From a virus (lineage: Duplodnaviria > Caudoviricetes): a stretch of 64,000 nt of DNA. The number at the start of each line of letters is the position of its first letter. Position 1 is the stretch's first letter. Of this stretch, positions 28,686-39,011 are shown piece by piece. The stretch covers positions 1 to 64,000 of the IMG/VR virus record IMGVR_UViG_3300037067_009225; one strand, given 5' to 3'. Under the pieces are notes generated by a model. The model was not told where the DNA came from, ran no database searches, and was given only the letters and a program-made list of their open reading frames with translations. The position numbers were made by a program, and so were the translations under genes.

Positions 28686-29819
28686 ATGATATTTAATAAA
28701 AATTTTATTGAATGGTTTAATAAAAACAAAAACATTTCTGAATATAAAAAGATTCAGAATATTATAGACCCAAATTATAAGAAATGTATTTATTGTGATG
28801 ATTCAATATATTATTATGATAGCACCTTTTCTATAAATAGAAGTGGGATTTTATATTATAAAAATAAATCATATAATACAATTAAAAAAGTTTATGATAC
28901 AACATATAATTTGTGTGTATGTGAAACATGGTTAATAAAAAAATATCCAGAATATAAAAATAAAAATAAATCAAGAGTTTTTAATATGATGAATGATATT
29001 ACAGCATATGCTTTTAATATACCTGATGAAATTAAGAAAAAATGGATGAGTCAAAAATATAAAAGAACATTAGATAATTATATATCTATTTTTGGAGAAG
29101 ATGTTGGTAAACAAAAATGGATAGAATATTGTAATAAGCAATCTAAATCAAATTGTTTTGAATATAAAAAATCTAAATATAATTGGGATGAAGAAAAATT
29201 TAATGAGTATAATAAGTCAAGAGCAATAACTAAAAACAATTTCATTAATAAACATGGAGAAATCGAAGGAATAAAAATGTGGGATAATTATATAAATAAA
29301 CAAAGTTATTCTTGTACTAAAGAATATTTTATTTGTAATTATGGTGAAATTAATGGAATAAAAAAATATAATAATTTTTGTGAAAAAAGAATATTTAAAA
29401 ACATAAGTTACAGTAATATATCTCAATTGTTATTTAAAAATGTAGATTCATGTTTAAATAATTACTCTACATATTATGCTACAAAAAATAATGAATATTG
29501 TTTAAAAACTGATAATATAATATATTATTTAGATTATTATATAGAAAAATTAAATATAGCTATTGAATTTAATGGTGATATTTGGCATGGTAATCCTACA
29601 ATATTTAATGAAAACGATAATCCAATACCATTTAATAAAGAGCTTAAATGTAAAGATATCTGGAAAAAAGATGAACAAAGAATAAAGTTAATAAAAAATA
29701 AATTTAATATTGATGTTATAATAATTTGGGAAAAATATTTAAATGAAAATGGTTTAGAAAAAACAATAAAATATATTTTAAGTGAAATTGATAAACTTTA
29801 TGTAGATTTTGTAATATAA
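28686..29819 (+). CDS. homing-type endonuclease (Vsr-like PD-(D/E)xK)
   Basis: (Y/H)GE..G repeats; LDYY..IEFNGDIWH..IIWE. Confidence 0.7.
   Translation: MIFNKNFIEWFNKNKNISEYKKIQNIIDPNYKKCIYCDDSIYYYDSTFSINRSGILYYKNKSYNTIKKVYDTTYNLCVCETWLIKKYPEYKNKNKSRVFNMMNDITAYAFNIPDEIKKKWMSQKYKRTLDNYISIFGEDVGKQKWIEYCNKQSKSNCFEYKKSKYNWDEEKFNEYNKSRAITKNNFINKHGEIEGIKMWDNYINKQSYSCTKEYFICNYGEINGIKKYNNFCEKRIFKNISYSNISQLLFKNVDSCLNNYSTYYATKNNEYCLKTDNIIYYLDYYIEKLNIAIEFNGDIWHGNPTIFNENDNPIPFNKELKCKDIWKKDEQRIKLIKNKFNIDVIIIWEKYLNENGLEKTIKYILSEIDKLYVDFVI
29793..29819 (+). promoter_or_regulatory. AAAC-N18-TATAA promoter (class also at 28631, 43103, 43413, 55709 and 57408-57434 minus)
   Basis: identical spacing at six gene starts. 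Confidence 0.6.
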
Positions 29820-29841
29820 TAAAAAAAATATATTATTTTTT

Positions 29842-31299
29842 ATGACCAACGAAGAACTTGTACAGAAAAAAGAAAGAATTAAAGAATTAAAGAAGATAAT
29901 AGAAGAAAAGAAAAAATCTTTTGATTATAATAAAGCTATGCAGTTAGCACTTAAATTACTTATCAATGGTACTTATGGTGCTTTTGCTAATAAACATTTT
30001 GTGTGTTCAAATGCTGATATAGCTAATGCTATCACTGCTCATGGAAGAGATGTTATTCAATATATGTTAAATAAAATAGAAAAATATTTTTATGATGATT
30101 GGCATAATGATAAAGAAACACATAAATTATTAGAATTAGAATATATTGGTGTAAAAGATAATAAATATTGTTTTTATGATATTAATTTTAATCAAGTTGG
30201 TTATCAATTTGAAAAACTTAAAGATTTATTAGATACAAGAAAAATAAACATTAAGAAAATTAAAAAAATTGATAATATTAAAAATGATAAAGATATTAAT
30301 ATAATGTATGAATATTATGTTCATGATTTTTCTGATGTTAAACCAATTGATCCAAAACCACAATATACAAAAGATGGTGATCCAGATTATGAAGGATTCG
30401 TTGCTTACAAAGGAAAAACACCTGTAGTTATATATGGCGATACAGATAGTCTTTATATTTCATATGCACCTATAATGAAATCTATTGATTATCATGGTGA
30501 TGAATTACAATTTATTCTTCATATGGATAATGTTTTTGTTAAAAAAATGTTTACTAAATTTTTAGAAGAATATGCGAGTTCTTATGGTGTTAAAAATTTA
30601 CATGATTTTGAACTTGAAACAATCAATAAATCAGCACTTTTCATTGAAAAGAAAAATTATTTAAATAATGTTGTTTGGGAAGATGGTGTTTTTCATGAAG
30701 ATTTGTCGTATTTTTATCCAAAGGGTATTGAAATTGTTAAATCATCTACACCAGCTTTTGTTAGAGAACGAATTTATGATGTTATAAATTATATGTTTGC
30801 AAATCCTGATAATATTACCCAACAAAAAATTCAGGGTATTCTTGAAAAATTAAAAAAAGATTTTGAATGGAAAGCTTATGATGATATTGATTCAATAGCT
30901 ATGACAACAAGTTGCAGTAATTATGATGATCGTGTTATAGATGATATTGGTGGGGTTGTGGTTAAAAGTGGAGCTCATTTTGGTGTTAAAGCTGCAGCTT
31001 TTCACAATTATATTTTGAATAAAAATTCAGAATATAAAACAAAATATGACACTATAAAATCTGGTAGAATAAAATATTATTATTGTAAGCACCACGTTAA
31101 TGATGTTTTTGGATATACAAGATCATTTCATCCAAAAGAATTAGTTGAAAAAGAAAATATAATTATGGATATTGATACACAATTTGAAAAAACTGTATTA
31201 ACTATTGTAAATAGATTTCTAAAACCACTTGGTTTATCACCAATCAAAAAAGATTTAGGGTTTTTTGTTTCGTTATTCACTTTTGATGATGATGAATAA
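29842..31299 (+). CDS. family B DNA polymerase, C-terminal (fingers/palm/thumb) subunit of a split gene
   Basis: QLALKLLINGTYG (motif B), YGDTDS (motif C), KKNY, KGIE; motif A and exonuclease domain absent. Confidence 0.88.
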   Translation: MTNEELVQKKERIKELKKIIEEKKKSFDYNKAMQLALKLLINGTYGAFANKHFVCSNADIANAITAHGRDVIQYMLNKIEKYFYDDWHNDKETHKLLELEYIGVKDNKYCFYDINFNQVGYQFEKLKDLLDTRKINIKKIKKIDNIKNDKDINIMYEYYVHDFSDVKPIDPKPQYTKDGDPDYEGFVAYKGKTPVVIYGDTDSLYISYAPIMKSIDYHGDELQFILHMDNVFVKKMFTKFLEEYASSYGVKNLHDFELETINKSALFIEKKNYLNNVVWEDGVFHEDLSYFYPKGIEIVKSSTPAFVRERIYDVINYMFANPDNITQQKIQGILEKLKKDFEWKAYDDIDSIAMTTSCSNYDDRVIDDIGGVVVKSGAHFGVKAAAFHNYILNKNSEYKTKYDTIKSGRIKYYYCKHHVNDVFGYTRSFHPKELVEKENIIMDIDTQFEKTVLTIVNRFLKPLGLSPIKKDLGFFVSLFTFDDDE

Positions 31300-31301
31300 T
31301 A

Positions 31302-31628
31302 TTAACTTTTTATTTTATTAATATATTCAGAAAAATTAAGAACTTTATTTTCTTCAACTTTTTCTGGTAAATCTTCATGTTTTGTTCTTGCAAAATCTTC
31401 TGCATCTTTTTTAGAAATACCTTTGGTTTTTTCTCCATCTTTATTTATAGAACCATCGGCTATGGATTTAATTTTATTGGGTAAACCTTCACCATACTTA
31501 TCTTCTAATTTTTTTAAATAATCTTCACCAGCTTTTTTATTTTTACTTTTTTCTTGCTTATATTTATAAACCATACCAAAAAGTCTTTGTTGTGATTTTG
31601 ATGTAGATTTTTCGTTAATATTTTCCAT
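31302..31628 (-). CDS. DUF3008-like small protein
   Basis: SKSQQRLFGM ... AEDFARTKHEDLPEK; TAATATATA at 31651-31659. Confidence 0.6.
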   Translation of the reverse strand: MENINEKSTSKSQQRLFGMVYKYKQEKSKNKKAGEDYLKKLEDKYGEGLPNKIKSIADGSINKDGEKTKGISKKDAEDFARTKHEDLPEKVEENKVLNFSEYINKIKS

Positions 31629-31693
31629 TTTTAAAAATATATTTTGATATTATATATTAAATTATTATATTTGCTCTTTGTAAATATTTTTAA

Positions 31694-32038
31694 ATGACAG
31701 AAAAATTAAAATATTATTTAAGAAAATATCCTGATGTTATAACACTATCTAATTTTAAAGGTGTTAAAATGTTGTTATTAAATGAACTAAATTTTAATAA
31801 TAATAATAATTATATTAAATATTTATTCAAAGAATGTTTTAAGAGTAACATTTTTTATGTTAAAGTTTATAATCGAAGTCGTTATTCTGGTATAGGTATG
31901 GATGTGTATCAAAAAATTTTACATAAAATACATAAAAATAAAGAATTTTATTATTTTCGAACATATTTATCTGAATCATCAATATGGTCGGATGTATTAA
32001 AAACAAGAAAAGAAAAAATAGAATCAATTTTCAATTAA
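31694..32038 (+). CDS. hypothetical protein, RxxK tag (RKEKIESIF)
   Basis: TATATTTG at 31666-31673; tail motif. Confidence 0.65.
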   Translation: MTEKLKYYLRKYPDVITLSNFKGVKMLLLNELNFNNNNNYIKYLFKECFKSNIFYVKVYNRSRYSGIGMDVYQKILHKIHKNKEFYYFRTYLSESSIWSDVLKTRKEKIESIFN

Positions 32039-32047
32039 AATTAAAAA

Positions 32048-32473
32048 ATGAGAAAAGTTTTAGAAAATATTAAAGATGATATAGTTTTTTATTTAAAAGA
32101 AAAAAAATTAAATATATCTGACAATGATTTAATTTCGGAACATTTTGGAAAATTATTATTCAAAAATAATTTAAATCACACTATAGAAATAGCTTTTCAT
32201 CCAGCAATAACTAAATATAACATAGAAGATATATTTAAAAAAATTGAAAATAAATATTTACATTACATATTAAAAATAAACATGATTAATAAAAACAACA
32301 ATAATTATTATAGTCTTATAAGAATTAAAATAACTTTAAGAACTAAACAAGAAATAAGGAAATCAAAAATAAAAGATATATTAAATATAGATGATAATTT
32401 AAATATAAGAAAAGAATATAATGATTCAGATTTAGAAAAAGTAATTAAATTCCAGCCAATAATATTAAAGTAA
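32048..32473 (+). CDS. hypothetical protein, near-terminal RxxK tag (RKSKIKDIL)
   Basis: ORF in operon. Confidence 0.6.
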   Translation: MRKVLENIKDDIVFYLKEKKLNISDNDLISEHFGKLLFKNNLNHTIEIAFHPAITKYNIEDIFKKIENKYLHYILKINMINKNNNNYYSLIRIKITLRTKQEIRKSKIKDILNIDDNLNIRKEYNDSDLEKVIKFQPIILK

Positions 32474-32476
32474 AAT

Positions 32477-32815
32477 ATGAGAAAAATAACAACAGGTATA
32501 GATTCAGAATTATTAGATGTAATAAAAAATTCTAACATAATTTATGTTTCAGATTTCTATGGTATTAGAATATTAGTTTTAAATAATGGAACAAATTCTA
32601 ATTATTTTCAACTAAATCTTAATTGTTCAGATAGATTATATGATTTGTGTTTAAAAAACAATATAAATATTATAGCAAGAGAAAATCGTGACAATAAAAA
32701 TACATATATGTTTTATCGTATATTAAACTCTAAATATAGTGAGTATATAAATTTTAATGATGAAAAAGTTTTAAAAAATTATATTAGAGAACAAAAAATA
32801 AAATCTATAATCTAA
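32477..32815 (+). CDS. hypothetical protein, RxxK tag (REQKIKSII)
   Basis: ORF in operon. Confidence 0.6.
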   Translation: MRKITTGIDSELLDVIKNSNIIYVSDFYGIRILVLNNGTNSNYFQLNLNCSDRLYDLCLKNNINIIARENRDNKNTYMFYRILNSKYSEYINFNDEKVLKNYIREQKIKSII

Positions 32816-33201
32816 TGAATGATGAATATAATGATTTAGATGAAGCTATAAATGATGCTATATTTGAAAAAGAAATTAACGAAAAAATAACATATAATGA
32901 AATTTATTTCTTAAAAATATCAAATATAACATTTTTAGTTTTTAATTATACTAGTATTTTTCATTATTATAAAAAAGAATTTTTAGAAAATTTTTTTATT
33001 TATTTATATAATAAGAAAAAAATTAATTACATATTAATTAAACAAACTTATGGTGATATAAGTGGTGTACACGAAAAATTTGATTTATGTACGATATCAT
33101 CATCAGGTAAATTTAATAAAATAAAAAGAAATTTAAATAATATTAATAATATTAATTCAATTATAAGAACTTACAAATTAAAAGAAATAGCTAATGAATA
33201 A
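32815..33201 (+). CDS. hypothetical protein, RxxK tag (RTYKLKEI)
   Basis: ORF in operon. Confidence 0.6.
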   Translation: MNDEYNDLDEAINDAIFEKEINEKITYNEIYFLKISNITFLVFNYTSIFHYYKKEFLENFFIYLYNKKKINYILIKQTYGDISGVHEKFDLCTISSSGKFNKIKRNLNNINNINSIIRTYKLKEIANE

Positions 33202-33529
33202 TTATGATGATTTATTAATAGAGTGTGGTTGTAATATAAGAAAATATAATGGTATTAAAATACTTTATATTAACAACAATGATGTAAAAATACCAAAAGA
33301 ACAATATGATAAATTTTATGCGAATGGGTTTCGTTTAATATGCCAAGAAACTTTTAATACAAAATATTTTGGATTTGAAATTAACACTGAAGTTTTAGGT
33401 CAACATGTTTTTCATTATATTAGACCTGATGGTATAGCAGAATTAGTAATTATTAAAAATGATTTAGATTTAAATAAATTTATTAGAAAATTAAAAATGG
33501 TAGATATATTAAAAATAAAAACCACTTGA
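33194..33529 (+). CDS. hypothetical protein, RxxK tag (RKLKMVDIL)
   Basis: ORF in operon. Confidence 0.6.
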   Translation: MNNYDDLLIECGCNIRKYNGIKILYINNNDVKIPKEQYDKFYANGFRLICQETFNTKYFGFEINTEVLGQHVFHYIRPDGIAELVIIKNDLDLNKFIRKLKMVDILKIKTT

Positions 33530-33548
33530 TTAGAATGGTTTTTTATTT

Positions 33549-33956
33549 TTATTCGATGTATAATTTACCATCATCACCAAGATAAACATATTTTTCTTTA
33601 AATTCATGACAAATTTTTGTTACAATTTCACCTATTTCTTCATCCAATTCTTTCATATCCCAAAAACCTGCACCATGATGATTTCTTGTTAACCAAAAAT
33701 TATGACCTATTAAATCATCTGATATATTATTTAAATATTGTCCAGCTTTTTCCATAAACATAATAATATCATTTTTTGATTCTTCAATAGATTTTTCAGA
33801 AAAATCAGTACTTGATAAATCTAAATCATCATTATTATCTTTTATTTGTTCTTCTTCTGTCCAAAATGCTGCATGTAAGTAACTATCAACAATATTGTCA
33901 ATATCATGTTCAATATTGTTATTTTCAAAATCTTCAAATAATTTTAAATATTTCAT
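33549..33956 (-). CDS. hypothetical phage protein (GHNFWLTRNHHGAGFWD), CTS-like leader
   Basis: MKYLKLFEDFE; TAATATATA at 33975-33983. Confidence 0.7.
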   Translation of the reverse strand: MKYLKLFEDFENNNIEHDIDNIVDSYLHAAFWTEEEQIKDNNDDLDLSSTDFSEKSIEESKNDIIMFMEKAGQYLNNISDDLIGHNFWLTRNHHGAGFWDMKELDEEIGEIVTKICHEFKEKYVYLGDDGKLYIE

Positions 33957-34014
33957 AATTAATATTTTTTTTATTATATATTAATATTTTGAACTCAATT
34001 TTTTAATATATAGA

Positions 34015-34116
34015 TATGTTTTCTGGTTTTGTTAGTTTTTAGTCTAAAAAAGGCTTAGTTGTTTTAAAAAGCAACATTAAAATTAGCAGAACATAAATAA
34101 AAAATAAAGAAAGGAG
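34015..34116 (+). promoter_or_regulatory. structured 5' leader plus rare Shine-Dalgarno (AAGGAG 34111-34116)
   Basis: multibranch pairing visible by eye; follows TAATATATA at 34004-34012. Confidence 0.5.
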
Positions 34117-34122
34117 ATTAAA

Positions 34123-34950
34123 ATGAATGCAATTAATGTAAAAGGTACGTTCGTACCAGAAATTTTCGTTTCAAAAAACAAAAGCCGTTTAAAAATTTAC
34201 AAAGATAAAAATGTTTATCTAAAAGATGGTGATAATTTTGAAATTGAAATTTACAACAATCAATTAGAAAAAGTCGGGTTTGAAATTTTAATAAATGGTA
34301 AACTTATATCCAATTCATTAATAATATTAAGACCAGCAGAAAGAGTTTTTTTGGATCGCTTTATTGATGAAAATAAAAAATTTTTATTTGAAACATATAA
34401 AGTGGAAAACAACCAGCAAAATAAGGATATTATAAAAAATAATGGTAGAGTAACTATAAGATGTTATAAAGAAAAAGAAATAGAATCATACAAACCATTT
34501 GTTGTTTATACACCTTATTATGTTCCATATTATAAACCATATAATCCATACAATCCACATTATCCTAATATTTGGTATGAATATAATTGGATGAATAATA
34601 GTTCAGAATCTGGTATAACATACACAACAAATAATATAGGTTCAAATAATATTATAGGAACATCATATAATTCAAGTTGTAGTAATATTTCAACAACTAA
34701 TTGTACTTTTACAACCAATAGTTTAGATATTGAAACTGGTAGGATAGAAAAAGGTGAAGAGTCACAACAAAATTTTGAATATACTAATTTTGATAAAAAA
34801 TCAACACATTTCCATGAGGTTGAATATTTCATTTTTCCAGTATCTATGCAAGAAAAAACAACAGAGAATATTAGATTAAGTTGTGATTGTGGATATAGAA
34901 TAAGAAAAAATAGTTGGAAATTTTGTCCAAAATGTGGCAAAGAACTTTAA
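34123..34950 (+). CDS. hypothetical phage protein with C-terminal zinc ribbon
   Basis: FEIEIYN..LRPAERVFLDR; PY-rich linker; CDCG..FCPKCG. Confidence 0.7.
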   Translation: MNAINVKGTFVPEIFVSKNKSRLKIYKDKNVYLKDGDNFEIEIYNNQLEKVGFEILINGKLISNSLIILRPAERVFLDRFIDENKKFLFETYKVENNQQNKDIIKNNGRVTIRCYKEKEIESYKPFVVYTPYYVPYYKPYNPYNPHYPNIWYEYNWMNNSSESGITYTTNNIGSNNIIGTSYNSSCSNISTTNCTFTTNSLDIETGRIEKGEESQQNFEYTNFDKKSTHFHEVEYFIFPVSMQEKTTENIRLSCDCGYRIRKNSWKFCPKCGKEL

Positions 34951-34953
34951 AAT

Positions 34954-34980
34954 AAAAGGTGGTTTAATAACCACCTTTTG
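34954..34980 (+). terminator. intrinsic terminator
   Basis: AAAAGGTGGTT/AACCACCTTTT. Confidence 0.75.
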
Positions 34981-35024
34981 TTTTTTAATAAAAAATTAAT
35001 TATATTTAAATATAAATTATCAGT

Positions 35025-35348
35025 ATGGATAATATTATAACCAAAAATATTAAAAAATTCACAGAGAATTATGTGAACACTATTCTATATAATAAAAAAG
35101 TGAAATATATTTTTTATAAAAATGATGAATGTATTGATGTCGAAATTAGTATATTACCTGAAAAATATAGGAAATATTTTATGGATTCTATTAAAACAAA
35201 ATTTAATAACTATATTAAAGATATGTATTATTCTGATTATGATAAATATGATCAATCATTATGTTTAACAATTTATTTAAAAGATAAAGTGGAATTAAGA
35301 AAAGAAATAAGAAAAGAAAAAATTAAAGATATTTTAGAAGAAAGTTAA
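35025..35348 (+). CDS. paralog pair B, RxxK tag (RKEKIKDIL)
   Basis: MDNIITKNI similar to 35389 ORF. Confidence 0.65.
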   Translation: MDNIITKNIKKFTENYVNTILYNKKVKYIFYKNDECIDVEISILPEKYRKYFMDSIKTKFNNYIKDMYYSDYDKYDQSLCLTIYLKDKVELRKEIRKEKIKDILEES

Positions 35349-35388
35349 AATAAATTAAACTATTTGTGTTTTTTAAGATATTAATGTT

Positions 35389-35712
35389 ATGGATGATATA
35401 ATAATTAAAAATATTGTAGATTTCGCAAATCAATGTATGAATAATGTTATAAAAAATAAAAATACATTTATCACTAATGTATGTAATATTATTGACAATA
35501 AAAAAATTGTTATTGATATACATCCAGAAGTACAAACAAAATATTTCAACCTTATTGTTAATGCTATAAAAAAAGAATTTAAAGAACATGTGGATAATGT
35601 ATATTTATCATATGATAGTAAATATGAATTTTTTATTAATATAACATTAAAAGAAATAAAAAAAACAAGACTTGAAAAAATTAATAAAATTTTTGATGAT
35701 GGGAACATATGA
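35389..35712 (+). CDS. paralog pair B, RxxK tag (RLEKINKIF)
   Basis: MDDIIIKNI. Confidence 0.65.
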   Translation: MDDIIIKNIVDFANQCMNNVIKNKNTFITNVCNIIDNKKIVIDIHPEVQTKYFNLIVNAIKKEFKEHVDNVYLSYDSKYEFFINITLKEIKKTRLEKINKIFDDGNI

Positions 35713-36151
35713 TGAATTAAATGGTGATTTGATATTTTTAGCTAAACTTGGTCAATTTGATGTTATAGCTCATGGTTGTAATTGTTTTTGTGCAATGGGA
35801 GCTGGTATAGCTAAACAAATAAAAAAAGAATTTGATGATGCTTATTTAATGGATTGTCAAACAAAAAAAGGAGATTATAATAAACTTGGTAATTATACTA
35901 AAGCATATCAACATGGTGTTTGGATATATAATTTATACATACAATATGAATATGGTACTGATAAAATTCAAATAGATTATGAATCTTTAACACTTTGTTT
36001 AAGAAAATTAAATAGAGAATGTAAAGGAAAAACAATTGGTCTACCTTTAATTGGTTGTGGTTATGCTGGTGGAGATTGGGAAAAAGTTAAACAAATAATT
36101 AAAAAAGAACTATATAACATGAATGTAAAAATAATTTTTTATAAAAAATGA
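35696..36151 (+). CDS. macrodomain (ADP-ribose binding/hydrolase) protein
   Basis: GDL..IAHGCNCFCAMGAGIA..PLIGCGYAGGDW. Confidence 0.88.
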   Translation: MMGTYDELNGDLIFLAKLGQFDVIAHGCNCFCAMGAGIAKQIKKEFDDAYLMDCQTKKGDYNKLGNYTKAYQHGVWIYNLYIQYEYGTDKIQIDYESLTLCLRKLNRECKGKTIGLPLIGCGYAGGDWEKVKQIIKKELYNMNVKIIFYKK

Positions 36152-36504
36152 ATAGAATTACAATAATATATGATAAATCTGAATATGAATTTGAACTTTT
36201 AGAATATCAAGTTAATAGAAATATGAGGGTATTTACAAATTTAATTGAATTAAATATTAAAATATATATTAATAATATTAATTTTTTTACGAATATTAGA
36301 AATTCATATTTAAAATTTTCTTGTAAAATCTTAGGTTCTGGTTTTCATGGGTGTTATATCAATGATATTGATGTCGATCATACTTCTTCTACTATGACAA
36401 TAAATATTAAACCAGATTATTTTGTTCTTAGAGAAGAATCAAAACCTGAAATTAGATTAAAAAAAATAAAAGAAATATTCAATGAAGGTTTTGATACACA
36501 CTAA
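36148..36504 (+). CDS. hypothetical protein, RxxK tag (RLKKIKEIF)
   Basis: ORF in operon. Confidence 0.6.
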   Translation: MNRITIIYDKSEYEFELLEYQVNRNMRVFTNLIELNIKIYINNINFFTNIRNSYLKFSCKILGSGFHGCYINDIDVDHTSSTMTINIKPDYFVLREESKPEIRLKKIKEIFNEGFDTH

Positions 36505-36874
36505 AAAATGGACATATCCATTTGAATTATATTCTGTATCAACACCAGTTGAAACTAATAATACATCTACACATAATAAACCAGAATATAAAATATATTT
36601 AGAAATAGAAAAAAATAATGTTAATTATACTTTATTAATTACTTTTCTAAAAGATATAAATCATAATATTTTTTCAGATACTTATTTATGTGATTTTATT
36701 ATGGATAATGGTAACAAAGTGTGTGTCAACAATTGTAAAATAGGTGTTAATAATTATTATGAAATAGATAAATATTATCAAGTGTTAATAATAACAACAC
36801 AGAAAGTTGAACTTTTTTCAATTAAAAAAATAAGATTCAAAAAATTAAAACAAATATTTAATATGATGACATAA
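36482..36874 (+). CDS. hypothetical protein, RxxK tag (RFKKLKQIF)
   Basis: ORF in operon. Confidence 0.6.
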   Translation: MKVLIHTKKWTYPFELYSVSTPVETNNTSTHNKPEYKIYLEIEKNNVNYTLLITFLKDINHNIFSDTYLCDFIMDNGNKVCVNNCKIGVNNYYEIDKYYQVLIITTQKVELFSIKKIRFKKLKQIFNMMT

Positions 36875-36955
36875 TGTCATGATTAAAAATTTGGTATAAT
36901 ATATGTATATAAATATGTAAATATATAAATATAAACAAAAATTAAATTAAAAATT

Positions 36956-37312
36956 ATGGAAAAATTAACAAAAGAAACATTTATTGAAAAAATTTTTGAT
37001 TTTGAAAATAACAAAGATTGGAAATTTAAAGGAAATAAACCAGCAATTATTGATTGTTTTGCCGATTGGTGTGGCCCTTGCAAATCACTTGAACCTATAT
37101 TTGAACAATTATCAAAAGAATATGAAGGTAAGATTGATTTTTATAAAATAGACACCGAAGAAGAAACAGAATTGGCACAATTATTTCAGATAAGAAGTAT
37201 ACCATCAATATTTTTTATACCATCAAATAATGATACACCTCAATTAGCAGTTGGTGCTATGTCAAAAGCTAAATTTGAAGAAATTATTAAGAGTGTATTA
37301 AACGTAGAATAA
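36956..37312 (+). CDS. trxA: thioredoxin
   Basis: WCGPC; Bacteroidales-style N-terminus (KIFDFE..WKFKG.KPAIID). Confidence 0.92.
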   Translation: MEKLTKETFIEKIFDFENNKDWKFKGNKPAIIDCFADWCGPCKSLEPIFEQLSKEYEGKIDFYKIDTEEETELAQLFQIRSIPSIFFIPSNNDTPQLAVGAMSKAKFEEIIKSVLNVE

Positions 37313-37333
37313 AAATATTATTATAAATTTTTT

Positions 37334-37363
37334 AAAGCACATATGAAAGTATGTGCTTTTTTT
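37334..37363 (+). terminator. intrinsic terminator
   Basis: AAAGCACATA-TGAAAG-TATGTGCTTT plus T tract. Confidence 0.75.
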
Positions 37364-37418
37364 ATTAATATATTTTTTTATACAAAAAATAATAGTATAT
37401 TTGTTAAAAATTTTTATT

Positions 37419-37940
37419 ATGGCAAAAAGTGTAAAAAATAATCAGGAAATTTCTAAATCAGAAGAAACTCTTATTACAAAAAGTAAAAATTACAATAAGA
37501 TGTTAAAAGACCTTGAATATTCTTGGAATTTTCCAGAAATGTCAGATGATGATCTTAAAAAAATTGCTAAAGATATTGTTGATAATAAAATATTTACTGA
37601 TAGGCATTGTAGTTCTAATGATATCATGAGTATTTTTATGCCTATGATGTTTATGGGGCATATTAGTTGGCCTACTGAAGATACAAGAGAAAACAAATTA
37701 ATAAAAATTTTTCTTAAAGAAAAAGAAAAAAGTTATAAAAAAAGATATAAAATTTGGCTTAACAATGTAGGTTTGGTTTATGAATATCTATCAAAAGCTG
37801 GCCCTATGGCAGTTAATGGTTGCCCGATATTTTATTCTTGTCGTTTTCTAAGTAAAGAATCAACTGAAAAAATGTTTACATATTATGATGAATATTTAAA
37901 GTTGAAAAAAGAGATTGATGAAAAGTTTAAAAACATATGA
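37419..37940 (+). CDS. hypothetical phage protein, internal RxxK motif (RENKLIKIF)
   Basis: TATATTTG at 37396-37403; EYLSKAGPMAVNGCP. Confidence 0.65.
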   Translation: MAKSVKNNQEISKSEETLITKSKNYNKMLKDLEYSWNFPEMSDDDLKKIAKDIVDNKIFTDRHCSSNDIMSIFMPMMFMGHISWPTEDTRENKLIKIFLKEKEKSYKKRYKIWLNNVGLVYEYLSKAGPMAVNGCPIFYSCRFLSKESTEKMFTYYDEYLKLKKEIDEKFKNI

Positions 37941-38470
37941 CACAAGAAGAAATAATATATCACAATAGAAAATTCACTTATTCTACTGGTTGGCATAGTT
38001 CAACTTCATATAAGTCTATTGGTCGTATATTAAATTGGTTAGAAGTTGTTGGTACATATGATTTAATGGAAAAATCAGTAATTGGTACTGGTTATATATC
38101 TTATTGTAAAGAAAAGATAGCTACATATGAAATGGATGAAGATTTAATGATACCAGTATTAACAATAATTTCTGATAAATATAAAATTGTCCAAGAAACA
38201 CAAGATATTTTTATTAAACAAATAAAATCTAAGAAATATGTTGTTTTAAAACATCTATTGTTACCTGATCGTGGTTTTCGTTTTTACACTGAAAATAAAC
38301 CAATGAATAAAAGAAACGAAAATGGTGAGTTTTATATACAACCTATTTTTTGGTCTGACAATTTACAAGAAATAAATATGGTAATTAATATGCAATCTGG
38401 AATAGCAAGTTTTAATGAATTGATAAATCATTTTGATAGAATTGTTAACAAAGACAAATATTTTATATGA
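37937..38470 (+). CDS. hypothetical protein
   Basis: ORF in operon. Confidence 0.6.
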   Translation: MTQEEIIYHNRKFTYSTGWHSSTSYKSIGRILNWLEVVGTYDLMEKSVIGTGYISYCKEKIATYEMDEDLMIPVLTIISDKYKIVQETQDIFIKQIKSKKYVVLKHLLLPDRGFRFYTENKPMNKRNENGEFYIQPIFWSDNLQEINMVINMQSGIASFNELINHFDRIVNKDKYFI

Positions 38471-38961
38471 AAAAAGATAGAAAAATATACTCAATAGAAA
38501 AAATAAGTGAAGAACAGTTAAATGTTATATCAAAAGCTTTAGATGTTTATACCAGATTAGGTTTACTTCAATTAAATAATGCAATAATAGAAGATTTAGT
38601 TTACGATAAAGATTTCAATTATCTTGAAGTAAGAGATGAAGTTGATTATCATTTAAATCAAATTAAAAAATTAATATCTAAATGTAGTGTTAAAGAGAAT
38701 ATTAGAAAATTGTCTGATTATGGTGATAATTGGTCTTTTGGTGTAACTATTGAATTTATTCCAGATAGTTGTAAAAGAGCTTATGAAATTCATAAAACCA
38801 TTTCACATAAAAAATGGAAAGATGATAATTTAGCAAAAGAAATAAAATCTTATTCTGTTCATTCAGATGAAGGTTTGAATTTATTAAATGAAAATAAAGT
38901 TGTTGTTAAATCAGAACAAGAAAGAATTATTAAAATAAAAGATATTTTATCTGATGAATAA
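38467..38961 (+). CDS. hypothetical protein, RxxK tag (RIIKIKDIL)
   Basis: ORF in operon. Confidence 0.65.
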   Translation: MKKDRKIYSIEKISEEQLNVISKALDVYTRLGLLQLNNAIIEDLVYDKDFNYLEVRDEVDYHLNQIKKLISKCSVKENIRKLSDYGDNWSFGVTIEFIPDSCKRAYEIHKTISHKKWKDDNLAKEIKSYSVHSDEGLNLLNENKVVVKSEQERIIKIKDILSDE

Positions 38962-39011
38962 TTTTTTTATTATAAATAATATTAATATATTTGCAAAATA
39001 AAATAAACAAT

